NCBI GenBank assembly: GCA_963735805.1
Contig: CAVTMK010000002.1
Coordinates: 1,632,001 to 1,696,000 of the forward strand
Reading direction: 5' to 3'
Origin: an uncultured Verrucomicrobiae bacterium
GTDB lineage: Bacteria > Verrucomicrobiota > Verrucomicrobiia > Chthoniobacterales > UBA10450
DNA: 64,000 nucleotides
Made by a program: the position numbers and the translations under genes
Notes under the pieces: model-generated
Seen by the model: only the letters and a program-made list of their open reading frames with translations
Told to the model about the DNA's origin: nothing
Database searches by the model: none
Shown: one piece after another, positions 13,180 through 23,696 of the stretch
Numbering within the stretch: position 1 is the stretch's first letter
Layout of the letters: every line of letters starts with the position of its first letter

Positions 13180-14685
13180 TTACCTCCGACCACCTCCACC
13201 GCCGCCTCTGTGACCGCCGCCGCCACCGCCGCCTCTGTGACCGCCACCTCCACCGCCGTGGTAGCCCCCGCCTCCACGTCCGCCGCCTCCACCGCGACTG
13301 TATCCGCCACCTCCCATGCTATGACCTCCTCTGCTGCTGCTGGCTCGCGCGTAATTTCCGCTCCCGCCACCAAATCCTCCTCCGCCACGAGAAGCGGAAC
13401 TAGGTCGCGACGATGCGCTGCGGTTACCAACTTGGTTTTTAGCGCTACCGCCGGCCGGGCGCGTCGACGGTCTTGCACCGGCGTTACCGCCACCAGGCCG
13501 CGTTCCGGCTCCGCCGCCACCAGGTCGGTTCCCAGCTCCACCGCCGCCAGGCCGGTTTCCAGCTCCACCACCACCGGGACGATTCCCAGCTCCGCCGCCA
13601 CCAGGTCGATTGCCAGTTCCACCACCACCGGGGCGATTTCCAGCTCCACCGCCACCAGGGCGATTTCCGCCCCCTGCAATCCCACCTCCGCCGGCGCCCG
13701 GTCGATTTCCAGCTCCACCCTGCCCACGCGCACCCTGACCACCAAACTTGTTCGCTGTTTGCCTGTTCCCATAGGGTGCGTTTCCGCGGTGTTGCGGATT
13801 GTGCTGCCAATTCCCTTGTCCCTGGCGGCTCACGTTGCGGTTAAAATTATTGTTCTTATTGTAATTATAATTGTTGTTGATCTTGACGTTGCCACCATTC
13901 CAATCGCAATTGCCCCAGTTGCCACCCCAAGAGCCCCATGCAGCAGCACCGAGTGCAATTCCCGCACCCCAGGCCAAGGCCGTTCCAGGCACGTAGCCCG
14001 GATACGTATAAGGATAATAGGGGTACGCGGGAGGAGGAGGCCCATAAACGACTTGTGGATCGTATGACGGCACGTAAACGACGTCGGGCTGGGCTGGCTC
14101 AATCGTGATCACCTGTTTGCCACTTGGCACTGTCTCCGTTTGCACGGTTGTTTGTGCGCTGGTCTTTAAGTTTCCGGTGCCCTGAGCCTTTCCACGCATG
14201 CGTTGGACCGCGTCCATCACGTCAGCTTGCTGCGCCAGGAATGCGTTTCCCAAATCGCTCGTCCATTGAATATTGTCTGCCATGCGCGTAACGACGTCCG
14301 GATAAGCTACCAGTCCCTGGACGCTTGGGTCCCAAGGCTCCTTTGACACAGCATCTGCTAGCGCTTTGTCTTTCACGTTCGGGTTCTTGGCCATCCATTG
14401 TTGAAGTTGAATCACCTCAAGTGGATAAGTCGACGCGGCGAGAGTTTGTGCCAGGAGTGGGTCGGGATATAGCGCGATCGGCGCAACCAGCGAATCCAGT
14501 TGGTCATTGGGCAGTTTCGGAGCCTGTTCCGTGTCTGACGACGACGACGTGGTCATTTCCTGCGACTGGGCTTGCTGGGTTTGGCCAAATGAGCGGATAG
14601 GAGATAACAGTCCGATGACCAAAATCGCGACCGCGCCGTGAAAGAATTTCATATGGAATCTGGATTGAAGGATTAGTGGCTTCAT
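13180..14685 (-). CDS. DUF3300 family exported protein with long Gly/Arg-rich tail
   Basis: QLDSLVAPIALYPDPLLAQ, WDPSV, VMDAVQRMR, VYVPSYDP; tail of GNRPGGGGA and RGGGG repeats. Confidence 0.9.
   Translation of the reverse strand: MKPLILQSRFHMKFFHGAVAILVIGLLSPIRSFGQTQQAQSQEMTTSSSSDTEQAPKLPNDQLDSLVAPIALYPDPLLAQTLAASTYPLEVIQLQQWMAKNPNVKDKALADAVSKEPWDPSVQGLVAYPDVVTRMADNIQWTSDLGNAFLAQQADVMDAVQRMRGKAQGTGNLKTSAQTTVQTETVPSGKQVITIEPAQPDVVYVPSYDPQVVYGPPPPAYPYYPYTYPGYVPGTALAWGAGIALGAAAWGSWGGNWGNCDWNGGNVKINNNYNYNKNNNFNRNVSRQGQGNWQHNPQHRGNAPYGNRQTANKFGGQGARGQGGAGNRPGAGGGGIAGGGNRPGGGGAGNRPGGGGTGNRPGGGGAGNRPGGGGAGNRPGGGGAGNRPGGGGAGTRPGGGNAGARPSTRPAGGSAKNQVGNRSASSRPSSASRGGGGFGGGSGNYARASSSRGGHSMGGGGYSRGGGGGRGGGGYHGGGGGGHRGGGGGGGHRGGGGGGRR
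13484..13720 (-). repeat. Coding 27-bp tandem repeat (GNRPGGGGA)n
   Basis: About 7-8 degenerate units such as CCGCCGCCACCAGGTCGGTTCCCAGCT inside the DUF3300 gene. Confidence 0.85.
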
Positions 14686-14766
14686 AGGTTTTGCTCGCTT
14701 CCCTTATACTGTTATTTCAACACCCACGAGGTGGACAAGTATATTGTTTGTGCCGACGGCGGATGA

Positions 14767-14784
14767 ATCAGACCTTGGGGCTTC
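14767..14784 (-). promoter_or_regulatory. Regulon box (degenerate) upstream of DUF3300-DUF2950
   Basis: + strand ATCAGACCTTGGGGCTTC; minus-strand TATACT at 14738-14743 (18-bp spacer). Confidence 0.6.
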
Positions 14785-14907
14785 AAGAATTGCCCCGAAG
14801 GGCAGAATAGATCCAAGATTTGTTCGCTAACCCTGCGAAGATCATCCTGGTGGGTGAAATTCTCGCTTTGCATCAAAATTGATAAATGGATCCCTCTTCG
14901 TAGAAAC

Positions 14908-15999
14908 CTAATTCTGCGTTCTTTGTTGCGCGATTTTCTCATCAGATCGGACGCATCGAAAGCCGAGGTGATTCGTGCCGGTGTTCACCTCGCCTTTACC
15001 GCGCGTGCCAACGATGTAGCGCGAGCAGTATTGATCGTTGCAAAGAAAGGACCCGCCGCGATGCACCCGTTTCTTTTCGTTCGGCTCGGAAGGATCAAAT
15101 GGTGAATCGGGCCCTTGTGGATTTTGCGCTATGCCGCCTTGATCGGCCAATGTTTGATAGTAATCGGGGCGATACCAATCGCTGCACCATTCCCAAACGT
15201 TTCCCGCCATGTCGTAAAGACCGTAACCATTCGGCGGAAACGATTTCACCGGCGCGATACCGGTATGACCATCTTCGCCCGCGTCTTTGACGGGAAATTT
15301 TCCCTGCCATGTGTTCGCCATCCATTTTCCGCCAGGCCGAAACTCATCGCCCCATACATAAACTTTTCCTGACAAACCACCACGCGCCGCAAATTCAAAT
15401 TCGGCTTCAGTCGGCAAACGTTTGCCCGCCCATTTTGCATAGGCTTCGGCGTCTGGATAGGCGATATGGAGAGCTGGATATTTTTCTTTTCCTTTGATGT
15501 CGCTCTGCGGCCCCAGCGGGTGCCGCCAGTTGGCGTCTTTAACGTAGCTCCACCATTGATAGTGATCCGTGAGCGGAACTTCATGGTCGGTCGGCGCGAA
15601 CACAACCGAGCCGGCAATGAGATTTTCTTCAGGCGCAGTAGGAAATTCTTCCTTTGTAGGCATGCGTTCCGCGATCGTCACGTAACCGGTTGCCTTAACG
15701 AATTTCTCGAACTGTTCATTAGTTACCGGTGTTGTATCCATCCAGAATCCATCCACTCGAACGCGATGAATCGGGCTGGAATCGTTCGACGCCATCGGCA
15801 TTTCAGCGCTGCCCTTTCCGCTCACGTTTGCGCCCATGGAAAATTCACCGCCGGGAATCCAGACCATGCCTTCGGGTGCTTTGCCTGGAGGAGAATTTTT
15901 GTTCGGAATTGTCGGCGCGAACGAAGACGACTCGGGCGTTTCCGCGTGAACGACGGCGGCGCAGATACATAAACAAGCAATCAGAATACTACTTTTCAA
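14908..15999 (-). CDS. Formylglycine-generating enzyme (SUMF1/FGE family) with signal peptide
   Basis: FSMG, VTNEQF, RLPTEAEFE, NGYGLYDMAGNVWEW, RGGSFLCNDQYC (catalytic CxxxxC), GFRC. TTG start. Confidence 0.92.
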   Translation of the reverse strand: MKSSILIACLCICAAVVHAETPESSSFAPTIPNKNSPPGKAPEGMVWIPGGEFSMGANVSGKGSAEMPMASNDSSPIHRVRVDGFWMDTTPVTNEQFEKFVKATGYVTIAERMPTKEEFPTAPEENLIAGSVVFAPTDHEVPLTDHYQWWSYVKDANWRHPLGPQSDIKGKEKYPALHIAYPDAEAYAKWAGKRLPTEAEFEFAARGGLSGKVYVWGDEFRPGGKWMANTWQGKFPVKDAGEDGHTGIAPVKSFPPNGYGLYDMAGNVWEWCSDWYRPDYYQTLADQGGIAQNPQGPDSPFDPSEPNEKKRVHRGGSFLCNDQYCSRYIVGTRGKGEVNTGTNHLGFRCVRSDEKIAQQRTQN

Positions 16000-16105
16000 A
16001 TCGTAATACTTGGTCCGTTTGTCAGTGAATGAAACTTCAATTACTCCCCTGTTAACCCACGGCGTTATGATTCTACAAGTTTACTGCCCGTAGCGCGATG
16101 GCAAT

Positions 16106-16123
16106 ATAAGACTTTAGGCTTAC
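16106..16123 (-). promoter_or_regulatory. Regulon box upstream of FGE
   Basis: ATAAGACTTTAGGCTTAC; TAAACT at 16078-16083. Confidence 0.7.
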
Positions 16124-16228
16124 ATGAGCACGGTTTTCATCCTAATTTTTTCCGAGGTAGCGCTAAGAACAATCGGAATATTCGAGAGACACTTGGCAAT
16201 GTTCGAAGTCAACCTTGGTTTTTTATCC

Positions 16229-17222
16229 TCACGGACCGGATGGAACCGCGAAAGGCAGGCCTTCGCGGATCAGCTTTGAGAAATCGGGTGAGTCGTTAGC
16301 GGCTCGGGCGCGGGTGTCAATCAGGCTTCGGGCTTTAAGCTCGGCAAAGGGAAGTCCGCTCGTGACGATGGCATGGCGTTCATACAGCAGTTCGTCGCCT
16401 TTGCCATTGAGAAGGATGCGCCAATCCCATGGCACGCGCTCGTTGGCTGGATGCTGCGTACGGATGCTCGTAGTGCAGTTGGTAGTGATGGCATTGTACC
16501 AACGGGGTTTGGTCCGAAGAGCGTTTAGCGAATGGATGTACTCAAGGAAACGTTCGCGCGCCTGTGCCGGCGAAACCGTCGTGCGGTACAGATAGATATC
16601 CTCATTACGATAGTTCGTGCGCAGGCGGATCACGTCGCGCTCATCGGCCACGATGTAAATGAGTTCGAAGCGTCGATAGAGCCCGCCGATGGTAGAGTAG
16701 GTTTGGCCAAGCTTCTTGCGTATCTCTATGGAGAAACAGAGCGGCGGTGCGTCAGCAAATTGAAAACTGACGATGGGATGCGCGATCCATGGCGAGCCCC
16801 AGTAATCGATTGCCAGGTCGATGCCAGTGATCTGCGAGAGTCGCACGGTGCGCGTCTCCCAATGCGGAATGTAGTCGGTATCGGTCCGGTAGTCACAGTT
16901 GCGTACAGTTATGCAGCGTCACTTCGTCCCCGTGAATGTCGGCCCAGGCTTGCTGAGCAACGTCCGGTTCCCAATCGCTATCGTTGGTTGGCGAAAGGGT
17001 CAGCCACCACGTAAGCACGCCGGCGAAGAGCGCAACAAAGATGATTAGCTTTCGCCAGAACTGCCTAACGAACAGCAGCACGACCACAAACGTGATCGTG
17101 AGCAGTATTGCTGCCAGGTGGTTGCCCGCTCCGAATGGAGCGTCAAACCATACGGCGCCAAACGCCCAGCCGATAGCGATGATGGCTAAGGGGATAGCCA
17201 AAATCAATTTGATGACTGCCAT
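16229..17222 (-). CDS. DUF4105 (Lnb-like) membrane-anchored protein with a +1 frameshift near 16907
   Basis: Three N-terminal TM helices, then IAHPIVSF, FSIEIRK, DERDVIRLR, WYNAITTNCTT. TGATG overlap with the upstream hydrolase. Confidence 0.8.
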
Positions 17223-18877
17223 CAATCCGCTGTGGCTAATACGCCCGTGCTTCGTCCACTGCCGGATTTAAGGTGTAAACGCAAAATCCGGTCAAGCTCG
17301 GCAATGGTTTGCGGCAGTTCGCATGCGCCGTGCGGGCCGGGAACGATCACTTCCGATTGGGCGCCCTCGAGATGAGAGCTCCAGTAAGGGACGACACCAT
17401 CAGAGCAATCTGGGCAATGGTCCTTCCCGCGATCGCCGATGATCGAGTGATAAGGAACATGAATCGGAGCTTCATTGACTACCGGTAATGCTGGATTTGA
17501 CGGTTTCAGACCAGTGATACTGTTCGGAAGACGTTTGGCACTTCCGGTCAGTCGCACAAGTTCCGCGCTGGTGAGCACATCTGTCATGGCCGAGGCAATG
17601 TTAAGGGGAAGAGCGATCAAGCTAGTTCCAAATCTACCCAATCCGCTGCTGGCCATCTCGCTCCCGCGATGCGGCGTACAAATAAACACGACGCGTTTAA
17701 TTCGGGGATTGGCCTGAAACGTCGTGGCACGTACAACCAGGCTATCGCTGGAATTCTCCCTAAAGATGCTTTTCGCAGTTTCCCCGAGAGCTTTCTCCCA
17801 CATCGCCCTTGTAACAGTAATTATCTGCATGCGAGTAAGCATTCCGCCCATACTGTGACCTACCACAACGTACGGACGATGATTTGGATAAAGTTTGTCG
17901 ACCTTGGCGAGTTCCTCGCGCAACCGAAGTGCGGAATAGAGGATAGGATTTCCGGTCGGATAACCGAAGACCCAGAATTGATAATGTTTGCGGATCTCAG
18001 GGTCGGCTTGAAGTCCGTTGATCGTTTGCACCCAATTGAACGGCGATGAAAAAAGGCCGTGCACAAGAACAAGAGGGATCCGGTCCGGATCGTAAGGCTG
18101 CAGGAAATACAAACCGGTCTTATCTAGGTAACGACTCGATCGAAACCCTGCCATTAACCCAATGAGTAGAATATTACCCGGCGGCTGGTAGTAGCTAATC
18201 GCGGCGGAATAATCGGCCGCCAGTGGGCGGATTTTTCCTTCAACAATCGCTGTTTGTTGCTTGGCAGGGCGACGCAAGGCGAGAGTCGCGTCCTTGCCTC
18301 TAAAGTCCAGCGTCGCTGTCACCGGGGCTGTGATGCCTTTTAATGGCGCGAAATTTTCACGCGGAGTAACACTGCGCACTCCAACAAGCGCGCCACCGAC
18401 GCCTTGTTGAATGTTATTCTTCCTGATCAGTTTCTCCTTTATCGAACCGGGTAGCTCGAATGAGGTGAAGTAATCCGGTGCCCAAACGTCGGGAGCGGGA
18501 GATTGAAGACGCAAGTGGTAGGTCTGATCGTTACCAGCGACCGTTAGCGAATTATTCCACAATCGAGCTCCTTCTCCAGAGCGAAGCAGAATAGTAAGTT
18601 CACCGCAGGCTGAATTGTAAGTGTTGCGTGCTGGTGTCTCTTGAACGCCGGTAACCAGCAACGGAGCGGTCATGGCAGCGGCCTGTAAATAATCGGCGCT
18701 GCGTTTCTCAACGGGGACCTGTGAGGACCGTGCCTCGCGCATGATACCGGCAGCAGGCGCGTATTGAAGCCGGCCTGCCGTTTGCGGCGTCGTTGCGCAG
18801 CCAGCAAAAAAAGCAAGACAGGTTCCCGCAGCGATCACGCGAATCCGGACAGATATTTTCGAATGTTTAGGATTCAT
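17222..18877 (-). CDS. Alpha/beta hydrolase (esterase/lipase) lipoprotein
   Basis: FAGC lipobox, LVHGL, GHSMGG nucleophile elbow, TPHRGS, SDGVVP...H. Confidence 0.88.
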   Translation of the reverse strand: MNPKHSKISVRIRVIAAGTCLAFFAGCATTPQTAGRLQYAPAAGIMREARSSQVPVEKRSADYLQAAAMTAPLLVTGVQETPARNTYNSACGELTILLRSGEGARLWNNSLTVAGNDQTYHLRLQSPAPDVWAPDYFTSFELPGSIKEKLIRKNNIQQGVGGALVGVRSVTPRENFAPLKGITAPVTATLDFRGKDATLALRRPAKQQTAIVEGKIRPLAADYSAAISYYQPPGNILLIGLMAGFRSSRYLDKTGLYFLQPYDPDRIPLVLVHGLFSSPFNWVQTINGLQADPEIRKHYQFWVFGYPTGNPILYSALRLREELAKVDKLYPNHRPYVVVGHSMGGMLTRMQIITVTRAMWEKALGETAKSIFRENSSDSLVVRATTFQANPRIKRVVFICTPHRGSEMASSGLGRFGTSLIALPLNIASAMTDVLTSAELVRLTGSAKRLPNSITGLKPSNPALPVVNEAPIHVPYHSIIGDRGKDHCPDCSDGVVPYWSSHLEGAQSEVIVPGPHGACELPQTIAELDRILRLHLKSGSGRSTGVLATAD

Positions 18878-19000
18878 GCGATTTACGGCGTTACTGGTCC
18901 CTCGATAATCATCGACGCAGGCTGGAGCGAGGATTGTCGCAGCATTTCAGACGTCAGCAAATTCCGACACAAAGTTTACCGGCGTCTCGCGGTCTGTTCC

Positions 19001-19018
19001 ACAAGACCTTTGGGATGA
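19001..19018 (-). promoter_or_regulatory. Regulon box (degenerate) upstream of the hydrolase-DUF4105 pair
   Basis: ACAAGACCTTTGGGATGA; TAAACT at 18973-18978 in exact phase. Confidence 0.5.
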
Positions 19019-19167
19019 GAAATCTTCTAGCAATACAGTCGCCAAGCTGTCGGATCGAACCTTATGAGAGATCCTGTCGCCTCATCCAATTCCGACGCCT
19101 AAGATCGGGCTTGAGCGCCCGGAGCAGTTTTTCATACGATGCCTCGGTGCAGCTCCTAAAGTTTTCG

Positions 19168-20589
19168 ATGAAGACATTCGTTAGATTTGTTTTTGCGATG
19201 TTGTTGGTTTCCTGCGAATCGTATGGCCCGTTCCACCCCAATACGGCCACGGAACCCCTCAACTCAATACGAGGCCCGAGTGATGGGCGCTACAAATTCG
19301 CTTTCATTGAATTCGGCGATCAGGGCTCAGCCCTGGATACATCACAACGAGCGGCTGCGATCAACGCGATTCGAGAGGCGAAGCGCCCACTTCTCTTCGT
19401 TTACATCCACGGCTGGATGAACAATGCCAACTCGGGTGACGTTTGCCGTTTTGAGCACTTTATTGACATGGTCTCACGTCTTCCCGAGGTGAGCCGGGGA
19501 AACATTAACGTAATCGGTGTTTATATCGCTTGGCGCGGCAAGGATCTTACTGTGCCAGGCTTGGATTTGCTGACGTTTTGGAACCGCAAGTTGACAGGCG
19601 GTGCGGTGGCGGCTCAAAACAGCTGCCTGGCTACCATTAACGAACTGGCACTGGCTGCGCGAGAACCAGGCAAACAGGTCCACCATTGCGTCCTGATGGG
19701 CCACTCGTTTGGCGGGTTGGTTCTAAGCAATACTATTTCTCACTCCATCCTCGACGCCAGCAGCACCGGCGCGCGGAACGCGAGCCCGTGGGACATGGCG
19801 GTCGCGTTTAACCCCGCGGATGACTCCATCGGCACCCGGCAGTTGTTATCCGAGTTAGATTATCTTTATAAGTATGACCCCACCCGTGGCGTGTATATAG
19901 GCAGGAGCCCCGGGGCAGAAGAGGGTGCTGTGATGAGGGAGGACCGTCCCCTTCTCATCGTTCTGCAATCGGAGAACGATCAGGCAACCGGCAAATTTTT
20001 TCCAATAGGCCAGAGTCTGGCCAACACAGTAAATCTTCATTATCACTGGGACAGTGTCCCATTGCCTGGGGGCAACGGACAAAAAGTATCGGAGGGAGAG
20101 TTTCAGACTCACACGCCCGGCAACGATAAGTACCTGGTAAATTTTCATGTCGTTCCATTAGGCGGAGTTGCGCCGCCGCCTGATCTAAAGACGTATGAGA
20201 ACCGGGCCTTTGAAGCCAATATTCGACAAAACGTGCGTGGCCGAACTTTTTTCACCAGTGAAAAGAATAATGGTCACGAAAAACAATTCTGTCGGGGCCC
20301 GGAGTACAATCCAGATGAGACGCGTCCTCCCACAGGAAACGAAGACTGGCGCCGTTGGGAATTTGTCTACAGCGGCAATGCGCGTGTGCCCTGCTGGATC
20401 GTACGCGTACCCAAGGAAATTATTTGGGGTCACGGAGGATTATGGAGCGATAACTCGGTAGCGATGTTTGGCGCTCTTTACCGTATGCATTTTCCCCTGA
20501 ATGCCGAAGGTAAACCTGCTCCTTCTCAGCCGGTTCGCATTCCCAGGGCCCCGGATACGCTAAAACTGAACCAGGACAAACTGCGCTGA
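19168..20589 (+). CDS. Alpha/beta hydrolase-fold lipoprotein
   Basis: MKTFVRFVFAMLLVSC lipobox, YIHGW, GHSFGG, SEND, late His (WGHGG). Confidence 0.78.
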   Translation: MKTFVRFVFAMLLVSCESYGPFHPNTATEPLNSIRGPSDGRYKFAFIEFGDQGSALDTSQRAAAINAIREAKRPLLFVYIHGWMNNANSGDVCRFEHFIDMVSRLPEVSRGNINVIGVYIAWRGKDLTVPGLDLLTFWNRKLTGGAVAAQNSCLATINELALAAREPGKQVHHCVLMGHSFGGLVLSNTISHSILDASSTGARNASPWDMAVAFNPADDSIGTRQLLSELDYLYKYDPTRGVYIGRSPGAEEGAVMREDRPLLIVLQSENDQATGKFFPIGQSLANTVNLHYHWDSVPLPGGNGQKVSEGEFQTHTPGNDKYLVNFHVVPLGGVAPPPDLKTYENRAFEANIRQNVRGRTFFTSEKNNGHEKQFCRGPEYNPDETRPPTGNEDWRRWEFVYSGNARVPCWIVRVPKEIIWGHGGLWSDNSVAMFGALYRMHFPLNAEGKPAPSQPVRIPRAPDTLKLNQDKLR

Positions 20590-20645
20590 CCAGCACATTG
20601 CGCGTGGCACAGCGATAACCGAGTTGGTTTCCAAAAAACAGGTGT

Positions 20646-21335
20646 TTACTGATCATGGGACTTTCGGCTGGAATAGAGGGCGACCAAGCGTGCGATCAGC
20701 ACTGCTACATAAAGCAACCCGGTTATAGCTTCCATTGCCGCAAGCCATCGCGCAATCCTTGAGACTGGAGTGATGTCCCCGTAGCCAACGGTGCTGAGTG
20801 TGATCAAGCTGAAGTAGAAGGCATTGAACCCATCCATCGATTGCTTCCCCATGTTCGTGTTAAACGAGAATGCTCCTCCCGGCGTCAACTGGTCCACCAG
20901 CCAGTACGCGATCATCCACATCAAACCGAGCATAAGATAGGCTGAGATGCTGGCGCAAAGTACCTCGACATTTACCGAAGGAGCACGCAAAACGAAGCGA
21001 AGCAGATTCGCCACGACGAAGCCAACCAGGATAAGTCCTGCGCTAAGGAAAATAGAAGGCGGAATCAGGTCCGGCTGTAAATGATTGATCCACCGGCCAC
21101 CGATCGCCGGAATGGCAAGAACAATCGCGATAATCAGAATGCGTTTACGTTCCGCGACGGCAAGGACAGCCGATAACAAAACCAAAGAAAACAGAATTGA
21201 GACAATGATGCTGCCGCCTTTGACTTCTTCGACAAATGGGAAAGCGAAGAAAAGTAACCCCAGAGCGACCAAAAGTTGGACTGTGGTAAAACGCCGGAAT
21301 CTTGGTATTCGTAACGACTTCACGCTTTCCCTCAT
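20646..21335 (-). CDS. Potassium channel family protein (Ion_trans_2)
   Basis: [17 protein letters not shown] selectivity filter. Confidence 0.92.
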   Translation of the reverse strand: MRESVKSLRIPRFRRFTTVQLLVALGLLFFAFPFVEEVKGGSIIVSILFSLVLLSAVLAVAERKRILIIAIVLAIPAIGGRWINHLQPDLIPPSIFLSAGLILVGFVVANLLRFVLRAPSVNVEVLCASISAYLMLGLMWMIAYWLVDQLTPGGAFSFNTNMGKQSMDGFNAFYFSLITLSTVGYGDITPVSRIARWLAAMEAITGLLYVAVLIARLVALYSSRKSHDQ

Positions 21336-21352
21336 TGATCCGCCTTTTCTTG

Positions 21353-22009
21353 TTAGTGCGTTTTCACCAACTGATAAGTTTGGATCGCCTCCGTCACACC
21401 ATGGAAGATCAATCCCACGCCGATAGCGGAAACGAAAAAGCCGACGATGCGCGTCGCCGCATCGATACCGTGCGGGCCGATATAGCGTACGACTGTGTCC
21501 GCGTAGGCAAGAATCAGATAGGTTGTGACCATCGTCATAAGGATAGCAACGACGATCGCAGCCAGTGACGAAAATTCAGCGAAAGGATGCCGGACAAATG
21601 ACGCCATGCCGAGCACGGTAGCTATCGCACCTGGTCCAAACATTAATGGCATCGCCAGTGGCACAAATGCAACCGTATCGCCCGGACCTGTCGGGGCGTT
21701 TGGGATGATGGAGGCTGTATCACTGGTCGGCATGAATAGCGCAAAGCCGATCCGCGTCAAAATGATGCCGCCGACGATCCGTACCATGCTGAGCGGCACC
21801 GCAAAGATTTTCAGCAATAACGCACCGAAGATTAGAAAGAAGAACATTAGAAGAGTTGCGTAGAAGCAGGACTTCCACGCAACTCGTCGGTGCGCAACCT
21901 TGTCCTGGCCTTCCAAGAGCTTTAGAAATACTGGTAGCACTGCGAGCGGGTTAATAATTGCCAGCAGTGTTGTAAAGGTACTCAGGAATAGGGTTGTAAT
22001 CGTGTTCAC
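21353..22009 (-). CDS. marC: MarC family membrane protein
   Basis: [28 protein letters not shown]; 6 TM helices. Confidence 0.9.
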   Translation of the reverse strand: MNTITTLFLSTFTTLLAIINPLAVLPVFLKLLEGQDKVAHRRVAWKSCFYATLLMFFFLIFGALLLKIFAVPLSMVRIVGGIILTRIGFALFMPTSDTASIIPNAPTGPGDTVAFVPLAMPLMFGPGAIATVLGMASFVRHPFAEFSSLAAIVVAILMTMVTTYLILAYADTVVRYIGPHGIDAATRIVGFFVSAIGVGLIFHGVTEAIQTYQLVKTH

Positions 22010-22075
22010 GGGTTTAAACTTTTCCGACCGGAAGGCGCTACATTTCAGTTAGGTCTGTAGCGCTGGTAATCCGTG

Positions 22076-23059
22076 TCACTGGAACAGGACGCCCTTGATA
22101 AGCTTCGGAATAACAGGAGTGATCGACACCTGCACGTTCCACTCCTGTCCGGAGATCCGTGGATGCACAGGCATATACTGCACCGCGAGCTGAATTTTGA
22201 CGGGCAGACGCCCGAACTTTACGACCTTGGCCAGACCCAGCCCGACGGGAACAGTCCAGACATCCTCAGATGGCGCGGTCCAGTCCGCAAGGATATTCCC
22301 CGAATAACCGATGCTCCAGCCCTCGCCGAAGAAAACGGTGGCAATAGGCTGCAGGTTCATCTGGTTCGTATCGGGCCGGAAGTGCTCGCCGCCGATAGAC
22401 CACCATTGCTGGGGAAACACGCCAATGAAAAACTGTTTCGTGAGGTAACCCACCACGACACTGGGTCCAAGCTGCCACTTGCCCTGGCCGGTGAACACCG
22501 AGGTCGCGGTCGGGAAGATGGCGGTAGGACCCGCTCCGAGAATCCAGTTGCCAGAGTGCGCAGGTGACAGCAACTCCAGCAGAGTCAAATCGCCCAGCCC
22601 AGCGTCCCGCGCGAATTCGCCAGGGGACGTCTCGTGCGGGACGATATTGTAGAAGGGCATCACCGGCCGCGTGATCAGGTTCCAGTCTTTGGTCAGGCTC
22701 ACAGGCATGACCGGCTGGAAATTCCAGTTGTTGCTCCATTGGCCGTTGTTCAGCTCGAAGTTATTGAACTGATTCGCGATGGACCAGATGCTGCTCACCG
22801 GGTTCGTCAGCTCCCGGTTCAGATCGCTTGCCGATTCTTCTTTATTAGAGGATTCGGTAACCGCGCCAAAGCTTAAATTCTGATTTAATCGAAAGGGCGA
22901 TAAGTTAAGCTCAGCGTCCTCGCCAAGAGCGGCAGGTTCGCCCTTCATGTTACCGTAAGGATCGACTTCCGGAGAATTCGTCGCGCGAACGGCCGGAACT
23001 ACTGAAAAAATTCCCAACGTAAGGACAGTGGCTCGTATAACGAGTGGAGACTGCCTCAT
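22076..23059 (-). CDS. Putative outer-membrane beta-barrel / transporter (family often labelled 'neuromedin U')
   Basis: Signal peptide, LTNPV, FQPVMP, GLGD, GPTAIFPTAT...GQGKWQLGP; amphipathic beta strands. Confidence 0.7.
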   Translation of the reverse strand: MRQSPLVIRATVLTLGIFSVVPAVRATNSPEVDPYGNMKGEPAALGEDAELNLSPFRLNQNLSFGAVTESSNKEESASDLNRELTNPVSSIWSIANQFNNFELNNGQWSNNWNFQPVMPVSLTKDWNLITRPVMPFYNIVPHETSPGEFARDAGLGDLTLLELLSPAHSGNWILGAGPTAIFPTATSVFTGQGKWQLGPSVVVGYLTKQFFIGVFPQQWWSIGGEHFRPDTNQMNLQPIATVFFGEGWSIGYSGNILADWTAPSEDVWTVPVGLGLAKVVKFGRLPVKIQLAVQYMPVHPRISGQEWNVQVSITPVIPKLIKGVLFQ

Positions 23060-23098
23060 ATCCTCCCTTTGATCTCTTTAGTTCCAGATAAACAAGAA

Positions 23099-23118
23099 CA
23101 GCAGCCAACAGGCTGCTG
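23099..23118 (-). terminator. Hairpin downstream of lipoprotein paralog 1
   Basis: CAGCAGCC-AACA-GGCTGCTG followed by a T-rich tract on the minus strand. Confidence 0.5.
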
Positions 23119-23141
23119 CCCTCGTTTATTCTGTCATTCTT

Positions 23142-23613
23142 TTACCAATCTCCCATAGCGTTCACGCCCATCGGACCAAATCCACCGAACTGCTGAACTT
23201 CGATGTGGTTGGGTCCGGCAGTCTCAAACGTGGGCATCGAGAGACTGTCCTGCCATCTGCCCCTGACCTTGCTGAGCCGCCGTCTGGCTGGCTGGATGGC
23301 TGGCATACGCCGTCGCGAGCGCCTGTTTATAGGCGTTGAATTGCTTTTGTCTCCCTACGTAGATCTTGTCCTTCGTGGCAGTCGGAAACACGTAATACAA
23401 TTTTCCGTTGTACTTCACGGCTGTGACCCTGCCCTGGGTAAGTCCACTGATCGCCTGTTGCTGCTTGGGGGTGGTGACCGTGATGACCTTAAAACCCGAC
23501 TGAGTGAGCAAGGCCTCTTTCTGGGCCATAACGTCGCCTGTACCGGTGGTCTGACACGCTACCAATAGCGCCAGAACCGTCCCGATACCTGTTAATGTTA
23601 ATAGTTTTTTCAT
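23142..23613 (-). CDS. Small lipoprotein, paralog 1 (+1 frameshift near 23240)
   Basis: LVAC lipobox, QSGFKVITVTTPKQ, GKLYYVFP, YVG. C-terminus ETAGPNHIE...GDW lies in the shifted frame. Confidence 0.75.
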
Positions 23614-23696
23614 ATATGTTTGGGTTGGTTGTTTTTGTTGGTGTTTAACTTTTATAGAAACGAAACGACGAAATTCCAAGCATTAAATGTCGCCAC

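Noticed and set aside
13484..13720. 27-bp repeats as a CRISPR array
   Set aside because: There are no unique spacers, variation falls at wobble positions, the repeats encode GNRPGGGGA, and no cas genes are present.
13155..13772. 546-aa ORF giving DUF2950 a long Val/Ala/Glu N-terminal extension
   Set aside because: It is an alternate frame of the stop-free Gly-rich tail of DUF3300. A signal peptide follows ATG 13154.
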